Of a stretch of 63,767 nt of DNA, positions 40,361 through 52,685 are shown piece by piece. This stretch comes from Rhynchobatus australiae (Eukaryota). How positions within the stretch are numbered: position 1 is the first letter of the stretch; every line of letters starts with the position of its first letter. The notes under the pieces are model-generated. The model had not been told where the DNA came from. It searched no databases and saw only the letters and a list, made by a program, of their open reading frames with translations. The DNA is taken from positions 16,167,615 to 16,231,381 of the forward strand of contig JAUZTB010000048.1 in the NCBI GenBank assembly GCA_034780895.1, written 5' to 3'. A program made the translations under genes and the position numbers.

Positions 40361-42933
40361 TCTTTTAAAAAGGTTTACTGAATTGGCAAAAGTACAAATA
40401 TATTGTTGCTTCAGCTGGAAACAGTGGTTGGGTCCTTGGAAGGTGGAAATGGAGAGGATAAAAGCGTGCATTTTGCATCTCCTGCAGTTGCTTGGGAAGG
40501 TGCTACGTGAACATAGCTATACAGCCATTAATGTTGCTAAGGAAAGGCATGTGAATGAAGAAATGAAAGGTGAGTGAGGATGGATCCTAGAGGAAATCTG
40601 GTTGAAGATGACCTATTTGAACAATGCTGATCCACAATATTGTTTTTACAAAACAAAACAGCACAAGCAGATTGAACACACATCTGAAGCTGATCTGCGG
40701 AAGAAAACAAGCTCCAACTAACATTGCAGATTTGTTTGAACTTGGAGAACTTTTTGCTGCTCAGAGAACTTTAATCTCTAATCCCCAGTTTTTAAAATGA
40801 CCTGTCAGATTATAGGCATTTCAAAATGAAATGTTCCTGACCAAAAACATGCTGTTTGTCCCAATATTTCTATTAGCATTTTTCCTCAAAACCCACCATG
40901 GTCTTATTCCACTCTACTGTTTCATGTAGTTACCTCAGTCACTTTTCTGATAATTAACTTGAAGGCAATCCTACTTCCAAACTCTCCAGCATGTTGGTTC
41001 TAGTATTTGAATGAAAGCAGATAATTTTGCAAGGCAAGGTCCCCAAAAAGAAGTGATCATTTATATAGTGGCATTTGACACATTTACCAGTTGTGAAATG
41101 AATATTTTAGAATTAAACAAGGGTCGGGAATCTTTTAGATCTTTGCTTTAGTGCTGTTTTGATGCATGGCACTTTTTTTTTAGAAAATGAGTTCGAAAAG
41201 AATTTTGCTGTAAATAGTGTTTGGTTTATGATTTTAATGACATGAGACCATTCAACCTGTTGAATATACAAGCTGTAAGAGTATTCTCATCAATCCCATT
41301 ATCCCACTTACTTGCCTGTAGCTTATTCTCTCATATTTCCATCAACAACTACTTGCACCCCCTAATTCTCCTGCCACCCACCTACACTAGGGACAATTTA
41401 CAGTAGTGAACTAGTATGTCTTTGGGCAGACAGCATCCAAGGTCATAGTTGAGCCTGCATCACTGGAGCTGTAAAGTAGCTGTGTTACCTGCTCTGCCAC
41501 AATCTCACCCTTGCTGGTAAGCAAGAAGACCACAAGCAATGTCCTCATTGAACTCCAAATTGGAAACTAAAGTGCAATTTTGTTTCTCTCTTGTATCTTG
41601 TACCAAATGCACAATGGAGAATTGACTGCTTTGGGGTCNNNNNNNNNNNNNNNNNNNNNNNNNNNNNNNNNNNNNNNNNNNNNNNNNNNNNNNNNNNNNN
41701 NNNNNNGATGGAATCCTTCTGTTATGCTTCAACTTGCACCTCAGTGTAGTATCTTTCTGCCAGTTCTTTGCTAAGCTTCCTCACTACACGTATCTTTCTT
41801 GTGACATCAACGCTAATTGTGAGGGAATTTTTCCTGCCAAAAATGAAGGAATGGTGTAATTCTACTTGACAGTCCTTGCCTTGGCTGAGCTGTTTTATAT
41901 GTTTAGCAAGCTGTAAAACAAAGTAATTTTCTCACTCACTAATAATATTGGTGCGCCTAACCTATAATTTCACTCCTACAGCTTGATGCTGCTTGTAATA
42001 TAATTACAGTGTTGATGGCAAACTTCTGGTATTTCACCCAAGAAAGTGTTTGGTTCCCATGAGATGTTGAGTTCTATCTCAATAGCAGTGTAAATTTAAA
42101 TGGAATGCACAAAGGAAGAGGAAATAATGAGATACATCTTGCCTAAAACAACTTGCGGGGTTAGCCAAACTATAGTGTGTAATATCAAAATGGTCAGCTT
42201 TTAGTTTCTTTAACATTAGAATTTGACATTAATTTATAATAGTATTGTGATGTTGGATTTCCTGTGATAAACGTTTGACTGGTGCTTTTAAGGTGATACT
42301 CAGTGTGCTTACAATGCTGCTTGTTCTACAGTCTGAATTTTATAGAAATAATGTCTAAGTAAAAGTGAAATACCTATAATGTTGACAAATTGAGGCATAC
42401 ATGATTAATCACCTTATGAATACGTCTGTATTGTTACATATTACAAGTTTAGGTTCACAGTGATGAAAGACATTGCAGATAACGAATGGATGCTTACTGA
42501 TATTCCATAAGGTATAGAGCAGAATTGGGCCATTCGGCCCATGGAGTCTGCTTTGCAGTTCAGTCATTTTCACAACACATCCTACCATTATCTTTTACTA
42601 TTAATTCATCATCCTAAATTTACTTCAGAAATTTACTAAGTATACGTGTATTCACATCATTGTTATGGACTAACAAACCATTTTTTATTCTTGTCCTATA
42701 CCCACTTGCTAACCAAAACTCATGAAATAGCTTTAATATGTACACATTCTGAGTATACATTTTTAGTGGGTTAATAAATAAGTATTAAATGGACATTCAC
42801 CCATTCCACTTAATGTAAATCTGCAACATGGTACCAGAAGTAATCTAGCAACATTACAAACAACACTAAGTATAAAAAATGCAGATCATATGACTACTTT
42901 GCAGATCAGTTCNNNNNNNNNNNNNNNNNNNNN

Positions 42934-43400
42934 CAGCTGCTCCCTTTTGGCATCCATTATTCATTGTGTGCATCCTACCCTTCTTAGTCCTCCCAAATGC
43001 ATCTCCTGGCATTTTTTTGGCATTAAATTCCATCTGCCACTGTTCTGCCCACCTCATCCTCGAACCCAAGACAATCCTCCTCACCATCAACACCGCTAAA
43101 TTTCTATGTCATTTGCAAACTTAGTAATCACATCTCCTATATCCATATTGTTAATATATAGTACAAGCAATAAGGATATACCACTGGAGACAGGCTTTCA
43201 GTCACACAGACACCCTCCACCATCAACCTCTTCCTCCTATTACCAAGCCAGTTTTGGATCTAATATGCCATCTGTCTTGGATCCCATTGGACTCTAATGT
43301 TTTGGACCAGTTTTTCATGTGGGACCTTGGCAAAGGCCTTACTGAAGAACAACTAGACTACATTAACAACAATACTTGCATCAATACATTTTGTTACCTC
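42934..43400 (-). mobile_element. Degenerate CR1 RT fragment
   Basis: WAEQWQMEFNAKK in ORF 42866..43093. Confidence 0.7.
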
Positions 43401-43404
43401 TTCA

Positions 43405-43500
43405 CCCATATTGACATGTCTATTCCACGGCCTCTACTGCCACTTTGAGGCTGGATGCAGGTTGGAGGAGCAACACCTCATATTCTGTCTTGGTAGTCTT
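43405..43500 (+). mobile_element. Penelope-like C-terminal remnant
   Basis: aggttggaggagcaacacctcatattctgtcttggtagtctt translates to RLEEQHLIFCLGSL. Confidence 0.6.
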
Positions 43501-46324
43501 TAAGCATATCAATTTTTTTTTAAATCAGTCAGCAATTCATAAATTTCTTTAAACTTGTACCTTTTATGTTTAAATTTCCAATTTATGAAGTTACTTGGTC
43601 ATTTATATCATTTTCTTTAAGTGTGGCTTTGTGTTGATGTATTTTAATATGGACGGAGAAGTTTTGCCATATTAAATATGCTGGATCTGATTTTACAACA
43701 TTTCTGTTAGTACTGCTACAACAGCTCCACTGATATATTTGAAGCCTCCAGTGTATGGATATATCTTCCATAATGCACAAAGTATGCAAATCAAAATCTG
43801 ACACAACATATTGTTCCAAATTGAACCTGCTCTTGTGAGCTGCCTTTAATAAGATGGTGTTTATAACAGTGCAGTTAGAGGAGTTAATTGCTTTGTTTAT
43901 AATGGAGCAAGTTGTATGATGAATCGGCCTTCAGTTTGCATCCTTAAATAGGTGTTCCTAACATTTTCATGCTTGTTTTTTGTGCATTACAGTTTTTTTG
44001 ATTTGGCTATAAACAGTAACTTGGGTAGGGTGCAAGTAACTCCTTTCATAAATTGCAAGAAGTTTGCCTCTTCATACATTGCACCCAAATGCAATATTTA
44101 AAGAAATGTTTCAAAATATCAAATTTACTTTAAACTTGAGTTCAAGTATATTAACGGCTTTACAATTGTGCAGGCTTTATGAAACATTGTAAAAAAAAAC
44201 TTTGTTTATAAACCAATTTTTCAGGACATCTTGGGTTACGGACAGTTCTAAATGACTGGAATATTTAAAATTTATGTCTAAATTTCATTTACCTAGACTG
44301 CTTGGTTGGGAAAAGCTGATCAGTGGCATGATACAGTTGAGGTCGAAAGAAAAGAAAAATTGTGCACTGAACTAACATCTATTGAAGGTATACTTTCCTT
44401 TAGTAATTTACAGTATAGAAATGTCTAATTTATTTGAATTATATGGATAGCTTGGGTAACTTTTTTTAAATAAACTTTCAATAAATGCATAAAATGGATT
44501 CTTTGTTATGCACTAAACAGGTGAAGAAGAATGCTTTATCCACTGTCTTGTGAACAGAATACTGTGATCATTAGGTTCTGAGTGTTGATATTTATGATAG
44601 TGGTTTTTCTTTTGTTTCGTCATATATTGATTGCTAACTTGCGATAAGGAAGGAGTGCTTTGGTTACAATCTTTTTTTGTTCAGTTAAATCATTTGCACA
44701 AGTTACAAAGTCTTGCCAAGTTTAAAATTCTCCAAAGCTCCACGTAATACACAGAAGCAGCATTTTCATATTGTTTGATTATGGATCANNNNNNNNNNNN
44801 NNNNNNNNNNNNNNNNNNNNNNNNNNNNNNNNNNNNNNNNNNNNNNNNNNNNNNNNNNNNNNNNNNNNNNNNNNNNNNNNNNNNNNNNNNNNNNNNNNNN
44901 NNNNNNNNNNNNNNNNNNNNNNNNNNNNNNNNNNNNNNNNNNNNNCACTGCTTATTGAGATGTCTCGCTTTGAGCTGGTTGGACAAAATTCTAGTCCCTA
45001 GTGGGAGTTGTACTGCATCCAAAAATGTGCTAATCAAACATGATTGCTGCCCTCTGAGTAAAGTAGATCCAAAAGATCCCTTGCCTCATGTGACCATGCC
45101 AGGTAGGTTAATCAGTTTTAATCATTGCTCAGTGGCCAAGGTCTTGTGTCCTTACTGAGATGATTAAAACTGATTCTCCATTCAGCCCTATCAAATTGGA
45201 CAGCAAAGCTTGAATATGAGAATACATTTTCAAGCCCACCTCCAGTATCAAAATATTTGTTGTCCTGAGTTTGTTAGCTACATCAGTTTTCTTGACAAAA
45301 ATATACTAAAAGAATTGTGCAAGATTGATAGTTACTTTCCATGTTTGAGGTGTAATGCTGTTTATCAATCATCCAAGGTCAGATACTGAATGAAGAATAT
45401 GGTTAAAAAGAATAGTTCTGGAGCCTAGTAATTGGTGTGAACTGGACTCCCTCTCTCTGCAATCATGAAGCTTTGGCAAAACAAAAGCGCTTATCTCTGG
45501 TTTGGTCCTGAATCTTACTATTGGATTAAGTAAAACTCTTTCATAGAAACATGTGGATTGAATCTCTCAACAACATTCCTAAGGAACAGTGTAGAGTAAA
45601 GTTGACAAATTGTACAATTCCTTTTATCTCCATCTGATATCTTTTGCTGAATATATTTTCATCATGGTCTTGAGTTAATTTGAAGCATGCACCCAATCTC
45701 ATTTTAACATCACTTAACATATCAGACATACAATCTTAAATACCAGGTGAGCTCACCAAAAATGTTTATTGTGAAGCACCTCTCGGGCAGTAAATACATT
45801 GTCTCAAATTCCATGTGCCTATATTTGAATGATTTGTTACACATTTCCTTCTTAGATTAACTTTTAAATTTTCGTACAATGGATTAGTTTGTTTCTCATC
45901 TAGTACTTCATTTTTTATTTTGATATTAGTCAAAAGTTCTACTTTATTTCCAACAGAGATCCCCTTCATCAACAAGCTGTTAAATCTGGGGACAAAAGTT
46001 CAGGTGAGATGCTTTATTTAATATATTAGAGTTTTAACTTCAGCCTTTTGCTGATCCAGGTGTATTACATTTGATGAAATGTTCTCAATTTGAAATATTA
46101 ACTTGGGTTCCGCCTCCATCAATACTACCCAGCTGGACTATTTCCACTATTTTGTGGCTTTATTATCACCAGGATCAATGGCATTTTTAATGTATTGTTT
46201 ATGTGTGGCCTCCAAGGAATGCAAACTTTTCTACTTCTGATTTCTGTAATTTCCTAGCAGACAAATCTCTCCTCTGGTACAATTTGGAATGTATTCATTT
46301 CCCATTAATCAGTTATCATGGATC

Positions 46325-46905
46325 GTTCAAGAACACAAAATAGGTGTAGGCCACCGGGCCCCTCAAGCCTGCCGCACCATTCAGTATGATCATGCTGGCC
46401 TCAACTCCTCTTCTGTGCTAGTTTCCCATAACCTTCAATTCATTGATCTTTCAAATATTTATCCATCTCCACCTTAAATATATCTAATAATCTGGCTTTC
46501 ATCATTCTGTTGCAGAGAATTCCAGAGATTACCACCTGAGAGAAATTTCCATGCATTTCAGTTTTAACTGATTGTCCCCTTATTTTGTAGGTGTGTCCCC
46601 TTGTTTGTGATTCTCCCACTAGTGAAAAACATTTCAACATCCACCCTATCAAGCCCCCTTAGGATATTGTATTTTTGAATAAGGTCACCCTCGTTCTTCT
46701 AAACTTTCTGGTCTCCTGATATGGCAACTCTCTCATTCCAGGAATTACCCTGGTAAATCTCTTTTGTACAGCCTCCAATGGTGCTATATTTAGGTAAGGG
46801 GATCAAAATTGTGCGCAGTATTCCAGGTGAACACCTTTGCAATGAAGGCCAAAATGCCTTTGTATTCTTAGCTACTTGTTAAACCTGCTAACTTTTTGTG
46901 ATTCT
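46325..46905 (-). mobile_element. CR1 LINE 3' fragment
   Basis: ORF 46440..46652: FSLVGESQTRGHTYKIRG..FSQVV..FKVEMDKYL. Confidence 0.8.
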
Positions 46906-48679
46906 GTTATATGAAAGGTTGTGCTCTTTTTTTAAATCAGAATTAGTTTCCCTTTTTAATAAACTCTTCTAGTATTGTTAGTCAGATATTTTCATTCTCT
47001 GTAATCAGTTTAAGGTGCTCTCTGTTGTTTATTTGTTTATATGGGCCCCACATAAGGATCTTTATCATGTAGCCCGAGAAGCTGTCTAACATTTGATGCA
47101 ATATTTTAGTTTGTAGATGTTTCAATGTCCTTCTGATTAATCTCAAAAGATTTCTTCAGCCAGGAGGCAACAGTACTAAACCTTCATTTTTAAACTTCAA
47201 CCTTATGAAAAGTTAAATGGGNNNNNNNNNNTTGCAAATGAATAATTTAAGCACAAATTGCACTGGGTTACCTTGTCTTTGAGGGTTGGATTTTGAGCAA
47301 AGTTGCAAGTTGTAAAGAGGTGTGTTGAGGGAAATCCTAAATCGGGTGATCTGAAGGAAAGAATCAAAATTAGAGGGTGGATAGATTTGTAATGTTTTAG
47401 AAGGTACATATTTTACAATGTTTTATTTGCTTTCATATTTTGTGATTTAACCAAACAGGAATAAGTGTGTAATCTTCAAATGTGTGCCTGGCTAGAAATC
47501 AGTTTATAGACCAATAAGCTAATTTAGTTAAAAACGCAGCAAGATTAATTCTAGTCTTCAATTTTCATGATGCCTACAATACTTGGTTTACCTTTTAACT
47601 ATTCCAGAAGCTAAAAATAAATGTGGTTAAGTAAATGCTACATTGTGATTCTATTTGGTCTTATCATGTGAAGTGTTCTTTCTTTTACAAAGATAGAATT
47701 ATTGATGAAAGGGCACATGAGAAGCATGAAGCAAGAAAAGGCTATTTGGTCCATGAAACTCGCTTCTTCCACAGACAATCTACCCTAAACTGTACCCTAC
47801 CCATTTAATCTGAGGGAAAGCTCTGTTTAAATATTTCTTCATTCTATAAGGTAATCAGACAAAACTACAGAATATTCCTCTATCTGTATATTTCTACCAC
47901 TGAAATCATAAGCAGCTGAGCCACAGCAGCATTAGGAGTAATTGTTTCCTACAAAGTTGTTACAGATTTTATTTTATTCTTTGGATTCCATCCCCAGTGC
48001 CTATCACATTTTTTTATTTGTAAGTACAAATATTTTTTGGTTGCTGAGAACTTGTTTGATGCATTCAATGCTTTGTACACCACAGAACAATTGTGTGGGA
48101 CTTTGCTCTCAATCCTGTGGTGGAACTGCTGTGAGCCATCTGCTCAAGATGTAACAAGGAAGAACAGTGAAAATGTCCAGCCTCTGCTTAGTACTACATT
48201 CCAGCAATGCAACTGAGATGAAAAAATAGTCATTGCAGGCATGGAGTTCTTTCAACATTGTGAATCACAACATATTAATTGTCACTATCCATCAGATGTA
48301 TCCAAAATGAAAATCACTTTCATGCCATAGTGATGTCATAGCTTCATCCCCATTTAATTCCATACTTTCAGAACTCAGGGTTGTACAACTTCTGATTCCT
48401 GGCTTTTATTCAACTCATTTTGATCAGTTTGCAAGTTAAGTGGACTGACCTGAAACACTGTATGAAATTAAGTTAATTCTTTGAAAATAGTTGGTGATGG
48501 AATGGGATGTTAAGAATTTAAAGAAATTATACACAACATTACCTTCATTCTTGTGGTTGTTTCACTAGGTTTGCTTAATGATTTAAGTATGTTCTGGGTA
48601 AGTCGTATTGCACTCGATGATACTTTGAAAATAATTACATCAGGGCTTACTTTTGCTCTTTTTGCTTTGAATAGAAACT

Positions 48680-48787
48680 ATGTACCAGCTTCCTGTTAAC
48701 AACCTTGCAAATCTAAGAAAGGCTCGTAAAACAGTGAAAAAGATTCTTACAGATATTGGATTGGACTACTGTAAAGATCATATAGAG
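48680..48787 (+). CDS. ADNP: ADNP first coding exon, [36 protein letters not shown]
   Basis: Acceptor aatag at 48674, then AAACT-ATG; donor gtaagt at 48788. Matches the ADNP N-terminus [36 protein letters not shown]. Confidence 0.96.
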
Positions 48788-50084
48788 GTAAGTAGAAATG
48801 TATTTTTTGAAGGGTGAACTGGATTGAAATCTCATCACATTCTGTTTAAACTAGCCTTTTGTTAGCTTTTTAAATTGAGGCAATTATTTTAAGTGCATTA
48901 TATAATCTAAAATATACTGTTCCTAAGCTGTAGAAGGTAGCTAATGTGGGGAGATTGGTTATCCTGATGTGATAAAGGATGCTCTTCTTGATTAGGTGTG
49001 ATGAATTGAGAGCTTTAATCTGTTTATGCTTGATACTAGTGGCATTATGGAAGACATTGTCTCTAAAGTACTAGTCAGAACTTGGGGATTTTCTTGGTAT
49101 TTTGTCATGTCATTTGTCTGTATACTTTTAAGTAGAATAGTATTCTTGCTACCTTGTGAGCAAACTGTATTTCCATCTTAAACTGAATCCATGGGAGCAT
49201 GCAATAACTTCTGCATTTATTAATTCTGACGTGATTAAAAATAAATCTGCTTTGATTCGGGGAAAAAAATGTATTTGTTGAAAGGTGCCTTTCCACTGTA
49301 AATTTAAACTTTAATATTAAAACTAAAAGACATATAATTTCTGTAGTTGGGGAGGTCAGTAAATTTCAGTGAGTTCCAGTCGATCTGAAATGTCAGCTAC
49401 TTCTCTCTTCAAATGCTACCTGACCTGAGTATTTCCACCATTTTCCATTTTCAGCTCAGATTTTCAGGATCTGTAGTATTATATTTTCAGAAAAGAATAG
49501 TTTATGTTTGACATTAGTCTGACTTTTAACACCTTAATAATTNNNNNNNNNNNNNNNNNNNNNNNNNNNNNNNNNNNNNNNNNNNNNNNNNNNNNNNNNN
49601 NNNNNNNNNNNNNNNNNNNNNNNNNNNNNNNNNNNNNNNNNNCATTAGTCTGACTTTTAACACCTTAATATTTGTTACGAGTCTGAATCCAGGATAAATG
49701 TTGGAAATACACAAATTAGTACATTATGAAAATACTGAAATCTGGGCATTTGGTAGGACCATATTTTGCTACTTTAAGAGTTTCCATCCGATGTGAAGGC
49801 TGCAATACTTTATGTACCAAGAAAAAAATTAGGCCCTGACTTGGAACTCTGCAAAACAGAATTCAAGCCAATTCTTTTCATGGTAATTTAAACTAAAATA
49901 TAGTAACTTTCTGTGGTAGTTTTTTGGATTCAATCAAGGATTTAACTTTGGGTCTTGAGCCCAGAATAAGAGGCTAATTTTAACCTCATTCATTGTTGCG
50001 CTGTACATGCGCTATGGTATACCATACCTTAACCATGCTCCCAGCAAACCCCCTCACCCTCCCCCTTTAATGACCCATTGTTCC

Positions 50085-51480
50085 TCTACTCCTTAGTCAG
50101 GGGACATGTCAGAGGACTGGTAAAAGGCAAATATAAAATTTACTTTATTTATACAGCATGGTAACATGTTACATTTTGCTCAAAAACAATTTGCAAGAAT
50201 GTGCCAGACAACTATAGATAAGTCGATTCAACCATAGATATAGGAAAACTTAGAAGCAATCAAGGAAACAATAGGGTCTTGGAAGAGTCTGAATTCACTA
50301 AAGAACAACAGCATGAATTTATTAAAGATACATTATGTTTGACTAACCTGTTCGATAACCNNNNNNNNNNNNNNNNNNNNNNNNNNNNNNNNNNNNNAAG
50401 GGTCAGTAGTAGCCTTGTTAGGAAATTGGCTTAAAGGCAGAGTATGGGTAAATGGTTGTCTTTCAGAAGAGGATGGACATTGATGTTGCCCAAGTGTCAA
50501 TGCTGGAATTAGTTTGTTCGACATAAATGAGTTGGAGGTGAATATGTAGGGTAAAATTTCAAATAGTTGCTGATAGCACAGAACTTGGCATTACATTAAA
50601 CAGTGAGGAGGAAAGTAATAGTCTGCAAGAAGGCCGGCTGGCAGAAGAGAAGTTCTTGAAGGAATGCATAGTTACAAGTGGCATATTGAGGGAGTGGTTA
50701 GGAAAGCTTATAGCAAAGAATACGAAAGCTGGAAGTTGTAGATCCTACAAGTTGTATGGTGATCCTGTATAACATACTGGTTTGGCCCAGTTAGAGGATT
50801 GCATCCAATTTTGGGCACCTCAGTTTAGGAAGGATGTGAAGATCCAAGATTGTGTGCATATTTAAAAAGTATGATTCCAGGTATGAGGTATTTCAGCTGG
50901 AGAAACTGGAATTGCTCTCAGTGCAAAGCAGGTTGAGAAGAAATTTGAAGGAGGTGTGTAAGAACATGACTTTTCATAGGGCAAGTAGAAGAAGTTAAAG
51001 AGTAGAAGGTAACTGCTCATCAGATGCCTTAAAGGCAAGATGGTAGAGATTTAAAATTTGGGCAATACAATGGGTACAGTGGAACCCTGTATAAGATAAC
51101 TGGTTAGGCCACAACTTGAGGATTATTAATTTGTAGCAATGTCACCTCTGGTGGATAAGTACTCTGGCTGTCAGTGAATAGCATAGCATGAGACTGAAGT
51201 ATCTGTCTGAAAAATTAAGGTATTTACAATTGAGGAGCCCATTTATCTGCTGCTTCTGTGTCCTCAGTGTGAGTGGATAAGAGTAAAAACTTTTTTTGCA
51301 CAATGGGTAGTAGATAAGACCTGCAACTTGGTGCCTGTAAGAATCATGGGGAATTAGATTGGCACCTGAGGGAAAACAATTTGCAAGAGAATGGGGCTGA
51401 CAAGAATGCTCTATGAGGAGGTGCATTGTTATTTGGCTAAATGTCCACTTCCAATGCTACAGCAGTTGAATGATTCTGTA
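50085..51480 (+). mobile_element. Degenerate CR1 LINE, sense orientation, between ADNP coding exons 1 and 2
   Basis: Degenerate CLTNL, NWLKGR, ADxTEL and CIQFWAPQFRKDV motifs readable on the + strand. Confidence 0.7.
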
Positions 51481-51695
51481 TCGAGTGTGCTATTATTGAA
51501 GAAATCACTACTGAAGGAATACTGCATTTTATGAGGTTGCTGCTTAGTCAGTTTTAAGTGATTGAATTAGACCAAGTGTTTATATAGAAAAAGGAAAAAA
51601 ATTGTTTGGAAGTTTTGGGTGAAGTTTTTATGACTAATGAATTCAATAGCAGTATTACTCTTAATTCTCCTAAACAACTAAAAATGTTCTTCCAG

Positions 51696-51788
51696 GATTT
51701 CAAGCAGTTTGAACCAAATGACTTCTACCTAAAGAACACTACGTGGGATGATGTCTCACTTTGGGACCCTTCTTCTACAAAGCTACAG
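51696..51788 (+). CDS. ADNP: ADNP second coding exon, [31 protein letters not shown]
   Basis: ttccag acceptor and gttggt donor; 93 bp, phase 0; near-identical to ADNP. Confidence 0.96.
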
Positions 51789-52685
51789 GTTGGTTTCATT
51801 TCAAACACGGAAATGTTAACTCTCAGGTTTTGTTTAGGACTTTAGAGTTGTACCTAGTTATCAGGAAGAGCTTTATTATTAATTTACAACAGTAAACATT
51901 TATTATCTTTGTCTTTTTTAACTAACAATTTGATATAAAAACTTTGTAGTTTGGTTAATCCACTGTGCTGGCAATTAAAGCATTTGATTTATCTGTGCTG
52001 ATTTGTATATAAAAATTATGGGAGGGTGTGGAATCATTTCATGGGAAAGTAAGAGTATTTTTAAAAGATGGAGTGATAAAGCTTTTCTCCCCCCTAAAAT
52101 ATAGTTTCCAAAACAAGCAATCTAATTTTGGTGCAACAATATTAAGTGATTTTGACCTTGGTCGGTCAAGTGAGGTGTTGTCAGTTTTTTTCATGAAATG
52201 AATTAGCACTCGAGATTGGTGCAAAACTTCGGTTAACCAAAAAGTTAAATATTTTGGATTGAAAATTACTGTATGTTTGTGTAGAGAATAGTTCGGACTA
52301 TAATTGCAGAATGCAATACATTTACAAAGCAATATTGATTCCTCTCTGCAGATGTGACCTGTGATTAAATGCAGTTGAAATAATTTGTTCAGATGCTTCC
52401 AGCCTTTCCACTAACTGGTGTATCAGCACAACTTGTAATATGAAAGTAATATTTGTACTACTCTTACATAGTTACTAAAACTATACCATGGCTAAATAGG
52501 GTGCTATGTTACTGACTTAAAGCAAATTTTGGTAATACATTTAAAATTCAAACATATCGTATGCACAGTATTTGGACAAATGATTATACAGTACTTTACA
52601 GGTACTCTTGTTTGAATCATAAGTAAAATTAGATTGCATTACATTGCATAACTGAACAATAACCACTGTTGTTTTGCATTTTCAG

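Noticed and set aside
49512-49670. 28-bp direct repeat (cattagtctgacttttaacaccttaata) on both sides of a gap
   Set aside because: Identical sequence flanking a 100-N gap indicates an unmerged contig overlap, not a biological repeat.
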